Source: an uncultured Actinomycetota bacterium
GTDB lineage: Bacteria; Actinomycetota; Actinomycetes; Mycobacteriales; SCTD01
DNA length: 64,000 bases
NCBI GenBank assembly: GCA_963806415.1
Contig: CAWDYD010000005.1
Span: forward strand, 327,279 to 391,278
Direction of reading: 5' to 3'
Part shown: positions 59,939 to 64,000 of the stretch, piece by piece
Layout: each line of letters starts with the position of its first letter
Position numbering within the stretch: the first letter of the stretch is position 1
Translations under genes and position numbers: made by a program
The notes under the pieces: model-generated
What the model saw: only the letters and a program-made list of their open reading frames with translations
What the model was told of the DNA's origin: nothing
The model's database searches: none

Positions 59939-62053
59939 ATGCAGCCGCTGACGCACCCGCCGACGCACCCGCCGACCCGGGACGAGGCCGAGCAGGCCCT
60001 GCGCCTGCTGGCCGGCCCGCAGGCCCGCCTGCGGGAGGACCAGTGGACGGCCATCGACGCCCTGGTCCGCGACCGCCGCCGCGCGCTGGTGGTGCAGCGC
60101 ACCGGCTGGGGCAAGTCGGCGGTGTACTTCGTGGCGACCGCGCTGCTGCGCGCCCGCGGGGCCGGGCCGACGGTCATCGTCAGCCCGCTGCTCGCGCTGA
60201 TGCGCAACCAGGTGGCCGCGGCGGAACGGGCCGGCACCCGGGCCGTCACGGTCAACTCGAGCAACGTCGAGCAGTGGTCGCAGGTGTACGCCGAGGTGCA
60301 GGCCGGTGCGGTCGACGTGCTGCTCGTCAGCCCCGAGCGCCTGAACAACCCCGGATTCCGGGACTCGGTGCTGCCGGAGCTGGCCGCGACGACCGGCCTG
60401 CTGGTCGTCGACGAGGCGCACTGCATCTCCGACTGGGGGCACGACTTCCGGCCGGACTACCGGCGGATCCGCACGCTGCTCGCCGAGCTGCCGGACGGCA
60501 CCCCCGTGCTGGCCACCACCGCCACCGCCAACGCCCGGGTGGTCGCCGACGTCGCCGAGCAGCTCTCGCGCGACACCCTCGTGCTGCGCGGCAACCTGGA
60601 CCGGGCGTCGCTGCACCTGGCGGTGGCGAGCCTGCCCAGCCCGGCGCACCGGCTGGCCTGGCTGGCCGACGCGCTCGGCGAGCTCCCGGGCTCCGGCATC
60701 GTCTACACGCTCACCGTCGCCGCGACCGAGGAGGTCGCCTCGTTCCTGCGGTCGCAGGGCCTCTCGGCGATCGCGTACTCCGGGCGCACCGACGACGCCG
60801 AGCGGCGGCAGGCCGAGGACGACCTGCTCGCCAACCGGATCAAGGTGCTGGTCGCGACCTCCGCGCTGGGGATGGGCTTCGACAAGCCGGACCTGGGCTT
60901 CGTCGTGCACCTCGGCGCGCCGGCCTCCCCGATCGCCTACTACCAGCAGGTCGGCCGCGCCGGCCGCGGCGTCGACGCCGCTTCGGTGGTGCTGCTGCCG
61001 GGTGCGGAGGACGAGGCGATCTGGCGCTACTTCGCCTCCCTCGGTTTCCCGTCCGAGGAGCAGGTCCGCACCACGCTCGCCGCGCTCGGCGACCGCCCGG
61101 TCTCCACCGCCGCCCTGGAGGCGCGGGTCGACCTGCGCCGGACCCGCCTGGAGACGCTGCTCAAGGTGCTGGACGTGGACGGAGCGGTCCGGCGGGTCCA
61201 GGGCGGCTGGACCGCCACCGGCCGGCCGTGGGCGTACGACGCGGACCGGTACGCCCGGGTGGCCGCCGACCGGGCCGCCGAGCAGCAGGCGATGCGCGAC
61301 TACGCGGCGACCGAGGGGTGCCGGATGGAGTTCCTGCGGCGGCAGCTGGACGACCCGGAGGTGTCCGGGCCGGGCAGCGCCCCGTGCGGCCGGTGTGACC
61401 GGTGCACCGGCTCCCCGCTCGACACCGCGGTCAGCCCCGCGGCGCTGGCGGCCGCGTCGGCGGCGCTGGGCCGGCCCGGCGTCGAGCTCGAGCCGCGCAA
61501 GCTCTGGCCGACCGGGATGGCCGCGGTCGGGGTGGCTCTGCAGGGCCGGATCCCGCCGGACCGGCAGGCGGACAGCGGCCGCGCGCTGGGCCGGCTCTCC
61601 GACATCGGCTGGGGCACCCGGTTGCGCGAGGTGCTCGCCGGCGACGACGCGGAGGTGCCCGACGACGTGCTGCGGGCCGTCGTGACGGTGCTCGCCGGCT
61701 GGGGCTGGCAGCACCGGCCGGCCGGCGTGGTGGCGGTGCCGAGCCGCAGCCGGCCGACGCTGGTCGGGTCGCTCGCGGCGCGCCTGGCCTCGGTCGGGCG
61801 GCTGCCGCTGCTCGGAACGCTGGAGCGCACCCGCGACGACGGACCGGCCGGCTCGCGCAGCAACAGCGCCCAGCGGCTGCGGGCGGTGGCCGGCTCCCTG
61901 CGGGTGCCGGACGGCCTGGCCCTGGACGGCAGCCCGGTGCTGCTCGTCGACGACGTGCTGGACTCCGGCTGGACGGTGACCGAGGCCGCCCGGCTGCTCC
62001 GCGAGGCCGGGTCCGGCCCGGTGCTGCCGCTGGTGCTGGCCGTGGACGGCTGA
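59939..62053 (+). CDS. recQ: RecQ-family helicase with C-terminal PRTase-like domain (RqlH-like)
   Basis: RTGWGKS, DEAHCISDWGHDFRPDY, TATA, QQVGRAGR, C..CGRCDRC, LLVDDVLDSGWT. Confidence 0.93.
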   Translation: MQPLTHPPTHPPTRDEAEQALRLLAGPQARLREDQWTAIDALVRDRRRALVVQRTGWGKSAVYFVATALLRARGAGPTVIVSPLLALMRNQVAAAERAGTRAVTVNSSNVEQWSQVYAEVQAGAVDVLLVSPERLNNPGFRDSVLPELAATTGLLVVDEAHCISDWGHDFRPDYRRIRTLLAELPDGTPVLATTATANARVVADVAEQLSRDTLVLRGNLDRASLHLAVASLPSPAHRLAWLADALGELPGSGIVYTLTVAATEEVASFLRSQGLSAIAYSGRTDDAERRQAEDDLLANRIKVLVATSALGMGFDKPDLGFVVHLGAPASPIAYYQQVGRAGRGVDAASVVLLPGAEDEAIWRYFASLGFPSEEQVRTTLAALGDRPVSTAALEARVDLRRTRLETLLKVLDVDGAVRRVQGGWTATGRPWAYDADRYARVAADRAAEQQAMRDYAATEGCRMEFLRRQLDDPEVSGPGSAPCGRCDRCTGSPLDTAVSPAALAAASAALGRPGVELEPRKLWPTGMAAVGVALQGRIPPDRQADSGRALGRLSDIGWGTRLREVLAGDDAEVPDDVLRAVVTVLAGWGWQHRPAGVVAVPSRSRPTLVGSLAARLASVGRLPLLGTLERTRDDGPAGSRSNSAQRLRAVAGSLRVPDGLALDGSPVLLVDDVLDSGWTVTEAARLLREAGSGPVLPLVLAVDG

Positions 62054-62058
62054 GCGCG

Positions 62059-62781
62059 TTGGCTGCCCGCCTGCACGCCCTGCGCATCGACGCGCACGAC
62101 CCGCCCCGGCTCGCCCGCTTCTGGGCCGGCGTCCTCGGCGGCGAGCCGAGCGACGACGGCTCGAGGGACGGCCTCGTGCTCGAGCCGCAGGACGACACCG
62201 GTCTGCGGATCCGGTTCCCCGCGACCCGGCGCCCGAAGACCGGCCAGAACGCGATGCATCCCGACCTGACGAGCACGTCCCTGCGAGCTCAGCAGCGGAC
62301 GGTGGCCCGGGCGCTCGAGCTCGGTGCCCGGCATCTCGACATCGGTCAGCGCCCGGACGAGGGCCATGTCGTGCTCGCCGACCCCGAGGGCAACGAGTTC
62401 TGCGTCCTCGAGCCCGGCAACGCGTTCCTCGCCGACTGCGGCTTCCTGGGAGCGCTGGCCTGCGACGGCTCGCGTGAGGTGGGGTGCTTCTGGAGCGAGG
62501 CACTGGGCTGGCCGCTGGTCTGGGACCAGGACCAGGAGACCGCGGTCCGCTCGCCGCACGGCGGTCCGAAGATCACGTGGGGCGGCCCACCGCTGCAGCC
62601 GGTGGCCGGCCGGGACCGCCTGCACCTGGAGCTCGCGCCGCCCGCCGGGGGCGACCAGCAGGCCGAGATCGACCGGCTCTGCTCCCTCGGGGCGACCCGC
62701 CTCGAGGACGGGCAGGACGACGCCGGCTGGGTGGCTCTGACCGACCCCGGCGGCTCCGCGTTCCGCGTGCGCCCTCGCTAG
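62059..62781 (+). CDS. VOC/glyoxalase family protein (two domains)
   Basis: IDAHDPPRLARFW, HPDL, LADPEGNEFCV, HLEL, LTDPGG. Confidence 0.88.
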   Translation: MAARLHALRIDAHDPPRLARFWAGVLGGEPSDDGSRDGLVLEPQDDTGLRIRFPATRRPKTGQNAMHPDLTSTSLRAQQRTVARALELGARHLDIGQRPDEGHVVLADPEGNEFCVLEPGNAFLADCGFLGALACDGSREVGCFWSEALGWPLVWDQDQETAVRSPHGGPKITWGGPPLQPVAGRDRLHLELAPPAGGDQQAEIDRLCSLGATRLEDGQDDAGWVALTDPGGSAFRVRPR

Positions 62782-62791
62782 GCGCGGAACG

Positions 62792-62831
62792 CCGGCCGCC
62801 CCGGCCCCGCGTACGGGACCGGGGCGGCCGG
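62792..62831. terminator. Bidirectional stem-loop between VOC and terD
   Basis: CCGGCCGCCCCGG / CCGGGGCGGCCGG. Confidence 0.6.
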
Positions 62832-62846
62832 TGTGAGCCTCGCGGC

Positions 62847-63422
62847 TCAGACGTTGACGCCGAAGTCCTGCGCGATCCCCTTCAGGCCGCTGGCGTAGCC
62901 CTGGCCGACGGCCCGGAACTTCCAGTCCGAGCCGTTGCGGTACAGCTCGCCGAAGACCATCGCGGTCTCGGTCGAGGCGTCCTCGGACAGGTCGTAGCGC
63001 GCCAGCTCGGTGCCGCCGGCCTGGTTCACGATCCGGATGAACGCGTTGCGGACCTGGCCGAAGGACTGGCTGCGGCTCTCGGCGTCGTAGATCGACACCG
63101 GGAAGACGATCTTGTCGACGTTGGCCGGCACCTTCGAGAGGTCGACGTTGACCTGCTCGTCGTCACCCTCGCCCTCGCCGGTGAGGTTGTCGCCGAGGTG
63201 CTTCACCGAGCCGTCCGAGCTCTCCAGGTTGTTGAAGAAGACGAAGTCCTTGTCGGCGGTGACCTTGCCGTTGGCGTCGACGAGGATCGCCGAGGCGTCC
63301 AGGTCGAAGTCGGTGCCGGTCGTGCTGCGTACGTCCCAGCCCAGACCCACGGTGACCGCCGTCAGGCCCGGCGCCTCCTTGGTCAGCGAGACGTTGCCAC
63401 CCTTGCTCAGCGAGACGCCCAT
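62847..63422 (-). CDS. terD: TerD family stress protein
   Basis: [47 protein letters not shown]. Confidence 0.95.
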   Translation of the reverse strand: MGVSLSKGGNVSLTKEAPGLTAVTVGLGWDVRSTTGTDFDLDASAILVDANGKVTADKDFVFFNNLESSDGSVKHLGDNLTGEGEGDDEQVNVDLSKVPANVDKIVFPVSIYDAESRSQSFGQVRNAFIRIVNQAGGTELARYDLSEDASTETAMVFGELYRNGSDWKFRAVGQGYASGLKGIAQDFGVNV

Positions 63423-63549
63423 GTCGTGTGCTGCTCCTTCTCCTCGGCCGGCGCCTGCTGCGCCGGTCCCTGCTGGGTCCACTCTGCCCCTCTGACGTCC
63501 GGGCACGCCAGGCGGTGCCCGCCGCCCCGATCGGGGAACGACACCCGCC

Positions 63550-63957
63550 GTGCCCCCGCCGCCGAGCAAGACCTGCGCCGCCTGCGGCCGGACGATCACG
63601 TGGCGCCGCGCCTGGGCCCGGGACTGGGAGGAGGTGCGGTACTGCTCCGACCGGTGCCGCCGCGCCCGCCTCGCGCCGACCGACCTGGCACTGCAGGCTG
63701 CCGTGCTGAGCCTGCTCGACGACCGGGCCGCCGGCGCCACGATCTGCCCGTCCGAGGCGGCGCGGCAGGTCGGCGGCGAGGACTGGCGGCCGCTGATGGA
63801 GCCGGCCCGTGCCGCCGCCCGCCGGCTCGTCGCGGCCGGCGAGGTGGTGGTCACCCAGCGCGGCGCGGTGGTGGACCCGTCCACGGCTCGGGGCCCCATC
63901 CGGATCCGCCGGGTCCGCCCCACCGCCGAGCCCGAGCAGGTGCCGCGCCGCCGGTGA
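63550..63957 (+). CDS. DUF2256 + DUF3253 domain protein
   Basis: [46 protein letters not shown]. Confidence 0.88.
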   Translation: MPPPPSKTCAACGRTITWRRAWARDWEEVRYCSDRCRRARLAPTDLALQAAVLSLLDDRAAGATICPSEAARQVGGEDWRPLMEPARAAARRLVAAGEVVVTQRGAVVDPSTARGPIRIRRVRPTAEPEQVPRRR

Positions 63958-64000
63958 CCCCGTACGTTCGGGTCATGCCCACGTCCCGCACCGCCCGGCT

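Noticed and set aside
63550..63957. DUF2256-DUF3253 fusion as a novelty
   Set aside because: Architecture already commonly annotated in actinobacteria

Overview
Very GC-rich Actinomycetota chromosomal segment. It carries the familiar actinobacterial backbone (dnaE, dxs, trmB, RlmD-like MTase, KimA-like permease, two trkA, DUF3159, OB-fold, DUF3710, dut, DUF4193, glgC/glgA, suhB, acnA, two RpoD-family sigma factors) interleaved with lipid/redox metabolic genes, a dynamin-like GTPase pair and several DNA-repair genes. No tRNA, rRNA, CRISPR array or mobile element was seen. Many genes, including the essential dnaE, are broken by single-base indels, most likely long-read errors. The most unusual feature is an uninterrupted ORF (21471-22997) fusing an MSMEG_6728/pyrimidine-dimer-glycosylase-like domain to a RecQ-like helicase body that has lost every catalytic motif but kept its four zinc cysteines. 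Also notable are an RsbW-like ATPase with a C-terminal FixL-like PAS domain, a DUF6308-like gene coupled to dnaE, and two tandem sigma factors with an ECF-type promoter and structured leader. All family assignments come from motif recognition by eye, not database searches.
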